Source: an uncultured Gemmatimonadales bacterium
GTDB taxonomy: Bacteria; Gemmatimonadota; Gemmatimonadetes; Gemmatimonadales; GWC2-71-9
NCBI GenBank assembly: GCA_963730185.1
Contig: CAVSQW010000015.1
Coordinates: 160,001 to 224,000, forward strand
Length of the DNA stretch: 64,000 nt
Direction: 5' to 3'
The notes beneath the pieces were generated by a model. The model did no database searches. It saw nothing but the letters and a program-made list of their open reading frames with translations, and had not been told where the DNA came from. Below, one piece after another: positions 27,754 through 42,624 of this stretch. Numbering within the stretch: position 1 is the first letter of the stretch; the number at the start of each line of letters is the position of its first letter. Made by a program: the position numbers and the translations under genes.

Positions 27754-30700
27754 ATGCCCGAAACCCGACCTCAGATTTCGTTTTCGAAGCGCGAAGGCGC
27801 GATGCCGATGCCCCACCTTCTGGATATCCAGACTCGGGCATTCGACGCGCTGCTGGAGCCCGACGACGTCGAGGGTGACCGCCAGGACGTGTCGCTGGAG
27901 CGCGTGTTCCGCGACCTGTTCCCGATCTCCGACGTCAACGGCAAGTACGAGCTCGACTTCAAGAGCTACTCGCTGGGCGAGCCGAAGTACTCCGTCGAGG
28001 AGTGCATCGAGCGCGACATGACCTACGCCACGCCGCTCAAGGCCAAGCTGGCCCTGAACGTGTTCGAGGACGTGGACGGCCAGCGTCGGCTCAAGAACCA
28101 GATCGAGCGCGAGGTCTACCTCGGCGAACTGCCGATCATGACCCGGCTGGGCACCTTCGTCATCAACGGGGCCGAGCGGGTGGTGGTCAGCCAGCTTCAT
28201 CGGTCGCCGGGCGTGGTCTTCGAAGAGGAGACCCACCCCAACGGGCAGCGGCTCTTCTCGGCCCGGATCATCCCGTTCCGGGGCTCGTGGGTGGAGTTCA
28301 CGATCGACATTCACGACGTGATCTACGTCCACATCGACAAGAAGAAGAAGTTCCCGGCCACGGCCCTGCTGCGGGCCTTCGGCTATGGGGGCAATGCCGA
28401 CATCCTCAAGCTCTTCTTCGCGACCAAGCAGCTCTCGATCGCGGGCAAGCTCGAGGGCCGGCAGGAGCGCCGCGAGGTGCTGGGCTCGCTCCTGGCCGCC
28501 GAGGTGCCCAATCCGGAGGAGCCGGATGGCGATCCGCTCGGCAGCCTGGGCGAGGAGCTCACCGTCGACCGCCTGAACGCGATGCGGCACGTGGGGGTCA
28601 AGTCGGTGACGGTGTTCGCGGGCTACACCACCCTCGACCTCCGCGACGATGACCAGCCCACGACCACCCGGGATCGGCAGGTGCCGGTCCTGGCCTTCGA
28701 CGTGGCCGATCCCGGCACCGGCGAGGTGGTGGCGGAGGCCGGGCAACAGCTCACCGACACCCGCCGGAAGAAGCTGCTGGCCGCCGAGGTGGTGAAGGTC
28801 GACGTGTTGCTGCCCGCGGGGCGCTCCGAGTCGGCCCTGATCAAGAACACCCTGGTCAAGGACCCCACCGCGTCCGAGTCCGAGGCGTTGCAGCAGATCT
28901 ACTCCCTGCTCCGTCCCGGCGACGCGCCCAACCTGGAGACCGCCCGGGCCCAGCTCCAGCGGCTCTTCTTCAACCCCAAGCGGTACGACCTGGGGCGGGT
29001 GGGCCGGTACAAGATCAATCACCGGCTGGGGCTCAAGCTCGATCAGAACAACACCGTTCTGACCGAAGAGGACTTCGTCGCGATCATCCGCTACCTGATC
29101 GACCTCCACGACGGGCGCGGGCACACCGACGACATCGATCATCTCGGCAACCGCCGGATCCGGTCGGTGGGCGAGCTGATCGCCAACCAGTTTTCGGTCG
29201 GCCTGTCCCGGATGGCGCGGCTGGTCAAGGAGCGGATGAGCATCAACTCCGACCCGGAGAAGATCTCGCTCGACGATCTGGTCAACGCCCGGACCGTGAG
29301 CGCCGTGATCCAGGCGTTCTTCGGCTCCTCGCAGCTGAGCCAGTTCATGGACCAGACCAACCCGCTGGCCGAGCTGACCAACAAGCGCCGGCTCTCGGCC
29401 CTGGGACCGGGCGGCTTGACCCGGGAGCGGGCCGGCTTCGAAGTCCGGGACGTGCATTACTCCCAGTACGGGCGGATGTGCCCGATCGAGACGCCGGAAG
29501 GTCCGAACATCGGCCTGATCACCAGTCTCGCGACCTTCGCCCGGATCAACGAGCTGGGCTTCATCGAGACACCCTACCGGCTGGTCAAGGGCGGGCGGGT
29601 GACCGACGAGATCCGGTGGCTCTCGGCCAGTGAGGAAGAGGGCTACGCCGTGGCCCAGGCCAACGCGGTGGTCGACCCGGACGGCAAGCTGGTCGAGAGC
29701 CTGGTGCTCTGCCGCCGGGGCGACGACTACCCGCTGCTGGCGCCCTCGCGGATCGATTACATGGACGTGGGGCCGGAGCAGCTGGTGTCGATTGCCGCCG
29801 CGCTGATCCCGTTCCTGGAGCACGACGACGCCAACCGGGCCCTGATGGGCTCGAACATGCAGCGGCAGGCGGTCCCGCTCCTCTTCCCCGACGCCCCGAC
29901 CGTGGGCACCGGGCTCGAGGAGAAGGTGGCCCGCGACTCGGGCGCCGTGATCGTGGCCCGGCGGGCCGGGATCGCCACCCGGGTCACCGCCGACGAGATC
30001 ATCATCGACGCCGGCTCGGTCGGGGTCGGCGATCAGCCGCTGGCGCGGCTGGCCCAGGTGGACCGCTACCGGGTCAAGAAGTTCTGGCGGACCAATCAGG
30101 ACACCGCGATCAACCAGCGGCCCCTGGTCCAGGTGGGCGATCAGATCGGTGCCGGGCAGATCATCGCCGATGGCGCCGCGACCGAGGAAGGTGAGCTGGC
30201 CCTGGGCGCGAACGTCACCGTGGCGTTCATGCCCTGGTACGGACACAACTTCGAGGACGCGATCGTCCTGTCCGAGCGGCTGGTCAAGGACGACGTCTAC
30301 TCGTCGATCCACATCCAGGAGCTCGAGCTCCACGTCCGTGACACCAAACGCGGCCAGGAGGAGATCACCCGCGAGATTCCCAACGTCTCCGACGAGGCCC
30401 TGGTCGATCTCGACGAGCGGGGCATCATCCGGATCGGCGCCCACGTGAAGCCGGGCGACATCCTGGTCGGCAAGATCACGCCGAAGGGCGAGACCGAGCT
30501 TTCGCCGGAAGAGAAGCTGCTGACGGCGATCTTCGGCGAGAAGGCCAAGGACGTGAAAGACTCGTCGCTCAAGGTGCCGCCGGGCATGAAGGGCACCGTG
30601 ATCGACGTCAAGATCTTCAGCCGGGTCGAAGACCAGGTGGTCGAGAAGGATCGCGGCGAGCGGATCGGCGAGGTTCGCCGGCTCGAGCACGAAGAGAAGT

Positions 30701-32220
30701 CGCGGATCAACGAGGTGATGGTCGAGGAGCTCCGCGAGCTCCTGTCGGGTCAGGAGGTGGCCTTGATGCTGAAGGCGGGCACCGTGGAGGAGTTCCTCCC
30801 GGCCGGCACCAAGCTCGGCAAGGACACCCTGGGCTCGATTGAGCTGACCGAGGTGGACCTCAAGACCCTCCGGCTGGCCAACAAGGCGGCCAACGAGCGG
30901 GTCCGGCTCACCATCGACGCGGCCGCCTCCGAGCGCGCTCGGGTCGAGGAGAAGGCCGAGGATCAGATCGACAAGATCCTCCAGCCCGACGAGCTGCCGC
31001 CCGGCGTGATCCAGCTGGTCAAGGTGTACCTGGGCGAGAAGCGGAAGGTCGCGGTCGGCGACAAGATGGCCGGCCGGCACGGCAACAAGGGGATCGTGGC
31101 CCGGGTGGTGCCGGAGGAGGACATGCCGTTCCTCCCCGACGGCAGCCCCGTCGACATCGTCCTCAACCCGCTCGGCGTGCCAAGCCGAATGAACGTCGGC
31201 CAGATCCTGGAGACCCACCTCGGGTGGTGCTCCACCATTCTGGGCTTCAAGGCCAAGACCCCGGTGTTCCGGGGCGCCGACGAGGGCGAGATCGGACTCC
31301 TCCTGCGGCTGGCCGGCCTGCAGTGGGCGGGTGAGTCCCTCCACCTGACCCGGCAGGCGCCCTCGCCCGACGTGGGTGGGGTGGCGGCGCTGGTGGCCGA
31401 CCTCAAGCGGATCGGGGTCGAGAACAAGCTCCTGGCCGACGCCGGGATTTCGGACCTGGCCAGCGACAAGGCGTCGAGTGCCACCAAGAAGCTCTACGAG
31501 CAGCTCAAGGCTTACGTCATCGCGGCGGCCGAAGAGCTGGCGGCACGCGAGTTGGCCCAGCATCAGCAGGAGGTGGTCTACCACCAGGCCCAGCTCGCCG
31601 ACGCCGAAGGCGCCCGCAAGAAGGAGATCGAGAAGGCGCTCAAGGCGGCCGAGGCCGATGCCGGCAAGTCGCCGGATGCCCTGCTCGAGCTGGCCGGCCG
31701 GCCGCAGCTGGGCCGGGTGCTGGTCGGCAAGCCCGACCCCGAGCAGGTCCGCGCCGCGGCCGATGCCCTGATCCGCGCGGCCGGGCTCACGCCCGGCGGC
31801 AAGGTCCGGCTCCGCGACGGGCGGACCGGTCAGCCGTTCGACAGCGACGTGACGGTCGGGACCATCTACATGCTCAAGCTGAGCCACTTGGTCGATGACA
31901 AGATCCACGCCCGCTCGATCGGTCCGTACTCGCTGGTGACGCAGCAGCCGCTGGCCGGTAAGGCCCAGTTCGGCGGGCAGCGGTTCGGCGAGATGGAGGT
32001 GTGGGCGCTGGAGGCCTACGGCGCCGCCCACCTCCTGCAGGAAATGCTCACGGTCAAGTCGGACGACGTCAACGGCCGGAGCAAGGTGTACGAGGCCATC
32101 GTGAAGGGCCAGAACCTCCCCGAACCGGGGATTCCGGAATCCTTCAACGTGCTGGTAAAAGAACTCCAGGCCCTGGGTCTCAAGGTGACGCTGGGAACCA
32201 CCGCCGAAGGTGAGGAGTAA
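27754..32220 (+). CDS. rpoB: RNA polymerase beta subunit
   Basis: [41 protein letters not shown]; 1488 aa. Confidence 0.98.
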   Translation: MPETRPQISFSKREGAMPMPHLLDIQTRAFDALLEPDDVEGDRQDVSLERVFRDLFPISDVNGKYELDFKSYSLGEPKYSVEECIERDMTYATPLKAKLALNVFEDVDGQRRLKNQIEREVYLGELPIMTRLGTFVINGAERVVVSQLHRSPGVVFEEETHPNGQRLFSARIIPFRGSWVEFTIDIHDVIYVHIDKKKKFPATALLRAFGYGGNADILKLFFATKQLSIAGKLEGRQERREVLGSLLAAEVPNPEEPDGDPLGSLGEELTVDRLNAMRHVGVKSVTVFAGYTTLDLRDDDQPTTTRDRQVPVLAFDVADPGTGEVVAEAGQQLTDTRRKKLLAAEVVKVDVLLPAGRSESALIKNTLVKDPTASESEALQQIYSLLRPGDAPNLETARAQLQRLFFNPKRYDLGRVGRYKINHRLGLKLDQNNTVLTEEDFVAIIRYLIDLHDGRGHTDDIDHLGNRRIRSVGELIANQFSVGLSRMARLVKERMSINSDPEKISLDDLVNARTVSAVIQAFFGSSQLSQFMDQTNPLAELTNKRRLSALGPGGLTRERAGFEVRDVHYSQYGRMCPIETPEGPNIGLITSLATFARINELGFIETPYRLVKGGRVTDEIRWLSASEEEGYAVAQANAVVDPDGKLVESLVLCRRGDDYPLLAPSRIDYMDVGPEQLVSIAAALIPFLEHDDANRALMGSNMQRQAVPLLFPDAPTVGTGLEEKVARDSGAVIVARRAGIATRVTADEIIIDAGSVGVGDQPLARLAQVDRYRVKKFWRTNQDTAINQRPLVQVGDQIGAGQIIADGAATEEGELALGANVTVAFMPWYGHNFEDAIVLSERLVKDDVYSSIHIQELELHVRDTKRGQEEITREIPNVSDEALVDLDERGIIRIGAHVKPGDILVGKITPKGETELSPEEKLLTAIFGEKAKDVKDSSLKVPPGMKGTVIDVKIFSRVEDQVVEKDRGERIGEVRRLEHEEKSRINEVMVEELRELLSGQEVALMLKAGTVEEFLPAGTKLGKDTLGSIELTEVDLKTLRLANKAANERVRLTIDAAASERARVEEKAEDQIDKILQPDELPPGVIQLVKVYLGEKRKVAVGDKMAGRHGNKGIVARVVPEEDMPFLPDGSPVDIVLNPLGVPSRMNVGQILETHLGWCSTILGFKAKTPVFRGADEGEIGLLLRLAGLQWAGESLHLTRQAPSPDVGGVAALVADLKRIGVENKLLADAGISDLASDKASSATKKLYEQLKAYVIAAAEELAARELAQHQQEVVYHQAQLADAEGARKKEIEKALKAAEADAGKSPDALLELAGRPQLGRVLVGKPDPEQVRAAADALIRAAGLTPGGKVRLRDGRTGQPFDSDVTVGTIYMLKLSHLVDDKIHARSIGPYSLVTQQPLAGKAQFGGQRFGEMEVWALEAYGAAHLLQEMLTVKSDDVNGRSKVYEAIVKGQNLPEPGIPESFNVLVKELQALGLKVTLGTTAEGEE

Positions 32221-32229
32221 CGGTCACCC

Positions 32230-36783
<4,554 letters not shown>

Positions 36784-36801
36784 CGGAGCTCCGGCTCCAA
36801 A

Positions 36802-36837
36802 GCCCAAGCGCCCGGGATCATTCCCGGGCGCTTGGGC
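36802..36837. terminator. Terminator hairpin between convergent rpoC and next gene
   Basis: 16-bp stem GCCCAAGCGCCCGGGA/TCCCGGGCGCTTGGGC. Confidence 0.8.
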
Positions 36838-36857
36838 GTTCAGGGTCCCGGATCCCC

Positions 36858-37895
36858 TCAGACGCGCGGCAGCGCCCGGAAGTTCTTTTCGGAGGCCGGC
36901 GTCATCGAGAGGCCGCCGGTGTGGACGAACAAGACCCGGCTCCCTCGCCCGAGCCGGCCGTCGGCCGCGAGAGCCAGAAGGCCCGCGAACGCCTTGGCCG
37001 TGTAGACGGTGTCGAGGAAATAGCCCTCCTCCTGAGCCAGAGCTCGAATCGCGGCGTCGCTGCCGGCGTTGGGCACTCCGTATCCTTCCTCGGCGAAGCC
37101 GAAGACCTTCTGGTGCGGGGGCACCTCGAGGTCTGCGGGCAGGCCCAGCGGCTCGAGGGCTTCCCGGAAAAACTCGGCCGGCGACGGCTGGTGGAACACC
37201 TCCTCCACGGCGTGGCGCGACATCACCGGGATTGCCCAGAGGTGGGTGTCCAGCCCGGCCATCGCGATGCCGAGCAGGAGGCCCGCAGTGGTCGATCCGG
37301 TGCCGATCGCCACCACCACATGATCGAAGTCGAACCGCCCGCCCCGCTGCTCCGCGATCTCCAGTACCGCGTTCATGTACCCCGGCTCGGCGACCGGCGT
37401 CGTGCCCCCGGCGGGCACCCAGTAGCCGCCGGTTTCCCGGGTGACCTGGTCGCAGCGGGCCCGGAGCGCCGCCGTCTGGGCCGGGGTCGGGTTGGCGAAG
37501 TCCATCGGGGAGAAGTGGAGCGTGGCCCCCAGGTAGTCGAGCAGGAGCAGGTTGCCCGAAGGCGCCGCCGGCCGTTCGCCGCCCACGACGCAGTGGATCT
37601 CGAAGCCCGCTCGTCGGCACGCCGTGGCCGACATCATGGTGTGGTTCGAAGTCAGCGGCCCCACCGTCACGATGGTGTCGTGTCCGAGGCCCCGCGCGTC
37701 GGCCAGGATGTACTCGAGCTTCCGCGTCTTGTTGCCGCCCAGGGCCACGCCCGAGCAGTCGTCGCGCTTCATCCAGAGATCGAGCCCCAGCCGCGCTCCG
37801 ATGCGCGCCAGGGGAACGAGCGGCGTGGGGAAGAGTCCGAGCGGGAGCCGGGAACGGGTCGCCAGGAAGTCGCGCAGGGCGGCGGAGTTGGCCAT
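36858..37895 (-). CDS. D-cysteine desulfhydrase/ACC deaminase-family PLP enzyme
   Basis: KRDD...GGNKTRKLEY, SNH, LDTVYTAKAF, FVHTGG. Confidence 0.88.
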   Translation of the reverse strand: MANSAALRDFLATRSRLPLGLFPTPLVPLARIGARLGLDLWMKRDDCSGVALGGNKTRKLEYILADARGLGHDTIVTVGPLTSNHTMMSATACRRAGFEIHCVVGGERPAAPSGNLLLLDYLGATLHFSPMDFANPTPAQTAALRARCDQVTRETGGYWVPAGGTTPVAEPGYMNAVLEIAEQRGGRFDFDHVVVAIGTGSTTAGLLLGIAMAGLDTHLWAIPVMSRHAVEEVFHQPSPAEFFREALEPLGLPADLEVPPHQKVFGFAEEGYGVPNAGSDAAIRALAQEEGYFLDTVYTAKAFAGLLALAADGRLGRGSRVLFVHTGGLSMTPASEKNFRALPRV

Positions 37896-38025
37896 GGCAG
37901 CCGGGGTCCTCGCGGGAGGGAAGGGGGGCACGGAACCGGGTGAAGATAATCGCCGGCCGGCCGGGGCTTGAAACCCCCGGCTGGCCGGGCCCGTATTTCT
38001 CCTAGTTTGTTGAAGAAATGGGGTC

Positions 38026-38364
38026 ATGAACTCACGCGCCTCGCTCGGGGAACTCGAGCAACTCGTCCTGCTGGCCGTGGCCCGGTTGGAGGGCAGCGGC
38101 TACGGGGTGTCGATCCAACGGGAGATCGGCGCCCGGGTCGGCCGGCGAGTCACCCTGGGCGCCGTCTACGCCACGCTGGGCCGGCTCGAGGCCAAGGGGT
38201 ACGTCAGGTCTTGGCAGGGGGAGCCGACGCCGGCTCGGGGCGGGCGGGCCAAGCGGTGCTTCGCCTTGCGCCGCGAGGGCGCCCGGGCGCTCGAGGCCGG
38301 CCGCCGGTCGCTGGAGCAGATGTGGGACGGCTTGGTGCTCGACCCGAAGCCGGGCGCGCCGTGA
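38026..38364 (+). CDS. PadR-family transcriptional regulator
   Basis: LGELEQLVLLAV, GAVYATLGRLEAKG, RGGRAKR. Confidence 0.9.
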   Translation: MNSRASLGELEQLVLLAVARLEGSGYGVSIQREIGARVGRRVTLGAVYATLGRLEAKGYVRSWQGEPTPARGGRAKRCFALRREGARALEAGRRSLEQMWDGLVLDPKPGAP

Positions 38365-41015
38365 GCGGCTCGCTCCCCCCTCGTCTCGTTTCGTTGCTCC
38401 GGCGCCGGCTCGGCGAGCGGGCCGAGCCGATTCTCGGCGACCTGGCCGAGGGGCTCGCGGACCGGCTCGGCGGCCGCGGGCGGCCGAGCCCCGGCGACCG
38501 CCTCTGGGTCTGGCGGGAGGGGCTCTCGTGCCTGACGCCGGCCGTCCGCCGGGCTCTCCAGCCGACCCCTCGTTCCTCCGCCACCAGAGCCGGGAGACGC
38601 CTCATGGATGCGCTGCTCAACGACCTCCGCTTTGCGTTCCGCTCGATTCGGCGGGCCCCGTCCTTCGCGCTGCTCGCCGTTGGGACGATCGCCCTGGGCA
38701 TCGCGGCGACGACGGTGGTCTACTCGGCGGTCGACGGGCTCGTGCTCCGACCGTTTCCGTTTCCCGAGCCGTCGACCCTGGTGGGAGTGGGCAGCGCGCA
38801 CCCGACGATCGGGGGCGAGATGACCTTTTTCGAGCACCTCTCGCCGGCGGAATACCAGGACATCGCCGGGACGGGCGCGCTGGACAAGGTCGTGGCGTGG
38901 GACATGGGCAATCGTCAGGTCTCGGTCGGGGAGCAGGCGGAGAATCTCTTCAGCGGCTTCTGGTGGGGCGATGCCTTCCCGACCCTCGAGGTTCGGCCCT
39001 ACCTGGGCCGGGGCTTCAGTCCGGAGGAGATTCACGAGGGCCGGCACGTGGCGGTGCTCTCGTACCGGGTGTGGCGCGACCGGTTCGGGGGCGACAGCTC
39101 GCTGGTGGGTGGGCGGGTTCTGGTGAATGGCGATCCATACGACGTGGTCGGCATCATGCCGCCGGGAGCGGTGCTCTACGGCATGGATCTCTGGCTCCCG
39201 ATGCCGATCGCTCCCGAAGTATTTGCCCGGAATCGGCGTCAGTTCCAGGTGCTTGCCCGGCTGGCGCCGGGCGCCACGATGGCCTCGGTCCAGTCGGAGC
39301 TCGACGTCCTGGCCCGGCGGGTGGAGGCGACTTTTGGGGCGGAATTTCGCGAGTACGCCGGCTGGCGGCTCGAAGCCAAGACCTGGAACGACATCAACGT
39401 GGCGGCCCTCCGTCCGGCGGCGATAGTGCTGCTGGCGGCGGTCGGGTTCGTGATGCTACTGGTCTCCACCAACATCGCCACCCTCCTGCTCGGCCGGGCT
39501 ACGGGCCGGACCCGTGAGATGGCGGTGCGGAACGCCCTTGGCGCCGGACGCCGGCGGCTGCTCCGTCAGCTGCTGACCGAGAGCCTGCTGCTGGCCGTGG
39601 CGGGCGCCACGGTCGGGGTGGCGCTCGGGTACCTTGGCGTCCGGGGTGTGGCGGGGCTGGTGCCGGCCCTGGGCATTCCCGTCCCCGGCCACTTGGCGGT
39701 GAGCGGCCGGGTGCTCGGGGTGAGCGTCGGGGTCGCGGTGCTGGCCGGCCTGGCGTTCGGCATCGTCCCGGCGCTCTACTCGCTCCGAGTCGATCCGCAG
39801 CGGACCCTGCAATCGGAGGCCGCGGCGAGCACGGGAACGGCGTCCCGGCTCCGGCTTCAGCAGCTGCTGGTGGCCGTCGAAGCGGCGCTGGCCGTCACCC
39901 TGCTCGCGGGGAGCGGTTACCTGCTGCACAGCTTCGTCCGGCTTCGGGCGGTGGAGCCCGGGTTCGCGCCGGAGCGGGTGCTCACCCTCCGCCTCTCCCT
40001 CGCCCGCGAGCGCTACCAGGCCGACGCGATCGAGCCGTTCTTCGCCGACCTTCGCGAGCGGCTGGCGGGCGTCGCGGGCGTCCGGTCGGTCGCCACGGCC
40101 TCGCAGTTTCCGCCGGTAGTGTTCAGCCGATTCGAATTCAGGATCGAGGGCCGCGCGGCCGACGCCTCGCCCGCGGCCGCCTTCGCGACGCTGGTCAGCC
40201 CGGGCTACTTCTCGACCCTCCGGATTCCGGTGATCGAGGGCCGAACCTTCAGCCCGTTCGACGGTCCGGACGCGCCCCGGGTCGCGATCGTCAACGAGGT
40301 CGCCGCGCGGCGGTACTTCCCGGCCGGGGCCGTGGGGAGCCGGATCCGGATCGGGACCGACCGGGCGCCGTGGACCGAGGTCGTCGGGGTGGTGGCGTCC
40401 ACGAAGAACCGCGGCCTCGACCGCGACGCCGCACCCGAGATCTTCGCACCGAGCCTTCAGCTGGGCGGCTTCAACAATCAGATGTTCGTGTTGATCCGCT
40501 CGGCCGGCGAGCCCCGCGCCCTCTTACCGGCCGTTCGGGCGGTGGTCAAGGCGCTCGACCCGGAGCAGCCGATCTACGCCATTCGGACCCTGCAGGAAAC
40601 CATCGACGAATCGCAGGTCCGCCGGCGGGTTCCGGCCTTGCTGCTCACCCTGTTCGGTGGCTTCGCGCTGGGGCTCGCGGCTGTCGGCATCTACGGCGTC
40701 GTGAGCTATGCCACCAGTCAGCGGACTCGCGAAGTGGGGGTCCGGGTGGCGCTGGGCGCGAGTCGCTCTCAGGTGGCCCGGCTGTTCGTCCGCCAGGCGC
40801 TTCTGCCGGTGGGGGTTGGCGCCGTCGTCGGACTGGCCTTGGCGCTCGCGCTCGGGCGGCTGATGAGCGGGCTGCTCTTCGAGGTCGGTGCGAACGATCT
40901 CGCCACCCTGGGCCTCGCGGCGGGGCTCCTGGTCGTCATCGGTCTGGCGGCCGCCTGGGCGCCCGCCCGGCGGGCCGCTCGACTCGACCCCGTCCGCGCG
41001 CTCCACGGTCGCTGA
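38361..41015 (+). CDS. Duplicated MacB/FtsX-type ABC permease (ADOP family)
   Basis: GTGA overlap with padR; DLRFAFRSIRRAP, REMAVRNALGA, QRTREVGVRVALGA, PARRAARLDP. Confidence 0.9.
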   Translation: MSGSLPPRLVSLLRRRLGERAEPILGDLAEGLADRLGGRGRPSPGDRLWVWREGLSCLTPAVRRALQPTPRSSATRAGRRLMDALLNDLRFAFRSIRRAPSFALLAVGTIALGIAATTVVYSAVDGLVLRPFPFPEPSTLVGVGSAHPTIGGEMTFFEHLSPAEYQDIAGTGALDKVVAWDMGNRQVSVGEQAENLFSGFWWGDAFPTLEVRPYLGRGFSPEEIHEGRHVAVLSYRVWRDRFGGDSSLVGGRVLVNGDPYDVVGIMPPGAVLYGMDLWLPMPIAPEVFARNRRQFQVLARLAPGATMASVQSELDVLARRVEATFGAEFREYAGWRLEAKTWNDINVAALRPAAIVLLAAVGFVMLLVSTNIATLLLGRATGRTREMAVRNALGAGRRRLLRQLLTESLLLAVAGATVGVALGYLGVRGVAGLVPALGIPVPGHLAVSGRVLGVSVGVAVLAGLAFGIVPALYSLRVDPQRTLQSEAAASTGTASRLRLQQLLVAVEAALAVTLLAGSGYLLHSFVRLRAVEPGFAPERVLTLRLSLARERYQADAIEPFFADLRERLAGVAGVRSVATASQFPPVVFSRFEFRIEGRAADASPAAAFATLVSPGYFSTLRIPVIEGRTFSPFDGPDAPRVAIVNEVAARRYFPAGAVGSRIRIGTDRAPWTEVVGVVASTKNRGLDRDAAPEIFAPSLQLGGFNNQMFVLIRSAGEPRALLPAVRAVVKALDPEQPIYAIRTLQETIDESQVRRRVPALLLTLFGGFALGLAAVGIYGVVSYATSQRTREVGVRVALGASRSQVARLFVRQALLPVGVGAVVGLALALALGRLMSGLLFEVGANDLATLGLAAGLLVVIGLAAAWAPARRAARLDPVRALHGR

Positions 41016-41263
41016 TCGCGGCCCGTCGCTCCACTCTCTGATCGAGGTCACCATCCGGGGCGGTGTCCGCGCGCGAACTGGCGCCGAACGTCGCCCGACC
41101 TGCTGACGGCCCATCCGCGGTATTATCCTACAGCGTTCGCTTGCGCGTCGTACCTGAGGCAGGCCGAGGGGCGGCGCCGCCGCTCCGGAACTCCAAGGAG
41201 GGATGCCATGCTCGCCCCCGACCCGGACGAGGCCCGGGCTTCCGCGCCCGAGGCTAGGACCTG

Positions 41264-42595
41264 ATGGGCCAACCGGATCGTTTTCTCGAGGAGTACCAGC
41301 GGAAGCACCCGGGCTCCGCGGATTGGCATCGCCGAGCCACCGGCTACTTCGCCGCCGACGGATCCACCCACTTCGCGCGAGTCAGCGCACCGACCCGACC
41401 CTACATCACCCGCGCCCAAGGCTCCCGCAAATGGGACGTCGACGGCAACGAGTACCTCGACTACGTCATGGGACACGGCGCCCTGGTGTTGGGGCACTCG
41501 CACCCGGCGATCGTCGCGGCCGTGCAGGAGCAGGTCGCTCGCGGCGTTCACTTCGGTGACAATCATCCGCTCGAGGTGGAATGGGCCGAGCGGATCCGCG
41601 GGCTGATGCCGGCGGCGGAGCGGGTGGAATACTTCGCCTCGGGGATGGAGGCCAACTTGATGGCCATCCGTCTGGCTCGGGTGAAGACCGGCCGGAAGCG
41701 GGTGCTCCGGTTCGAGCACAACTACCACGGCTGGGGCGACGAGCTGGTCGCGCCGGGAACCCCGGGGGCCGTGGCCGATCTGGTGACTGTGATCCCCGCC
41801 AACGACCTCGCGGCAGTGGATCGTGAGCTGGCGTCCGGTCGGTACGCGATGGTTCTGGTCGAAGGGGGCGGGGGACGGGTGGCCGGCCGCTACCCGACCA
41901 AGGTCGAGTTCTACCAAGGCCTGCCCGCGATCGCCCGGGCCCACGACGTGGTGCTCGCGCTCGACGAGGTGGTGACGGGCTTTCGCGAGGCGCCGGGCGG
42001 CTGGCAGTCGGTGGTGGGGATCACGCCCGATCTCACCACGGTCGGGAAGGCGGTCAGCGGCGGCCTGCCCTGTGGCGCCTTGCTCGGCCGCGAGGAGGTG
42101 TTCGACGCGCTCAGCCCGGCAACCCCGCCAGCGGGCCGCGTCTCGCACGGTGGCACCTGGAACGGCGCGCCGGTGACCTGTGCCGCGGGGATTGCCGCCT
42201 GCGGTCTCTACGCCGATGGGGCGCCCCACCGGCGGGCCCGGGCGGCGGCCGACCAGCTCCGGGTCCAGGTGAACGACCGGATGCGGCGCCGCGGGGTGAA
42301 TCTCCGCCTCTACGGTCGGAGCATTCTCCACGTGTACGCCGGTCCCCTCGACCGGGAGCCTTCCGACGACGGCTATGCGCCGACGGACCACGCGGCCCAT
42401 CTGGCCAATCCGGAGGCCACCAAGGTGTACAAGCGCCTCGACCTGCACCTGGTGCAGCGCGGCGTCACGACCCTTCGGGGCGAGGCGTTCGTGGTCTCGG
42501 CGGCGCACGACGACGCCGACGTGGAGCGCACCGCGGCGGTGGTCGAGGAGTCGGTGGCCGCGATGCTCGACGAGGGGTCCCTGGCCCCCGACTGA
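41264..42595 (+). CDS. Class III aminotransferase (GSA aminomutase-like)
   Basis: WDVDGNEYLDY, SGMEAN, DEVVTGFR, GKAVSGG, HGGTWNG. Confidence 0.88.
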   Translation: MGQPDRFLEEYQRKHPGSADWHRRATGYFAADGSTHFARVSAPTRPYITRAQGSRKWDVDGNEYLDYVMGHGALVLGHSHPAIVAAVQEQVARGVHFGDNHPLEVEWAERIRGLMPAAERVEYFASGMEANLMAIRLARVKTGRKRVLRFEHNYHGWGDELVAPGTPGAVADLVTVIPANDLAAVDRELASGRYAMVLVEGGGGRVAGRYPTKVEFYQGLPAIARAHDVVLALDEVVTGFREAPGGWQSVVGITPDLTTVGKAVSGGLPCGALLGREEVFDALSPATPPAGRVSHGGTWNGAPVTCAAGIAACGLYADGAPHRRARAAADQLRVQVNDRMRRRGVNLRLYGRSILHVYAGPLDREPSDDGYAPTDHAAHLANPEATKVYKRLDLHLVQRGVTTLRGEAFVVSAAHDDADVERTAAVVEESVAAMLDEGSLAPD

Positions 42596-42624
42596 GGGTG
42601 GTCAGCGGCCGGTCGGGTCTCCGG

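Noticed and set aside
31321..31776. Intein in RpoB
   Set aside because: No Cys/Ser start, His-Asn end or endonuclease motifs
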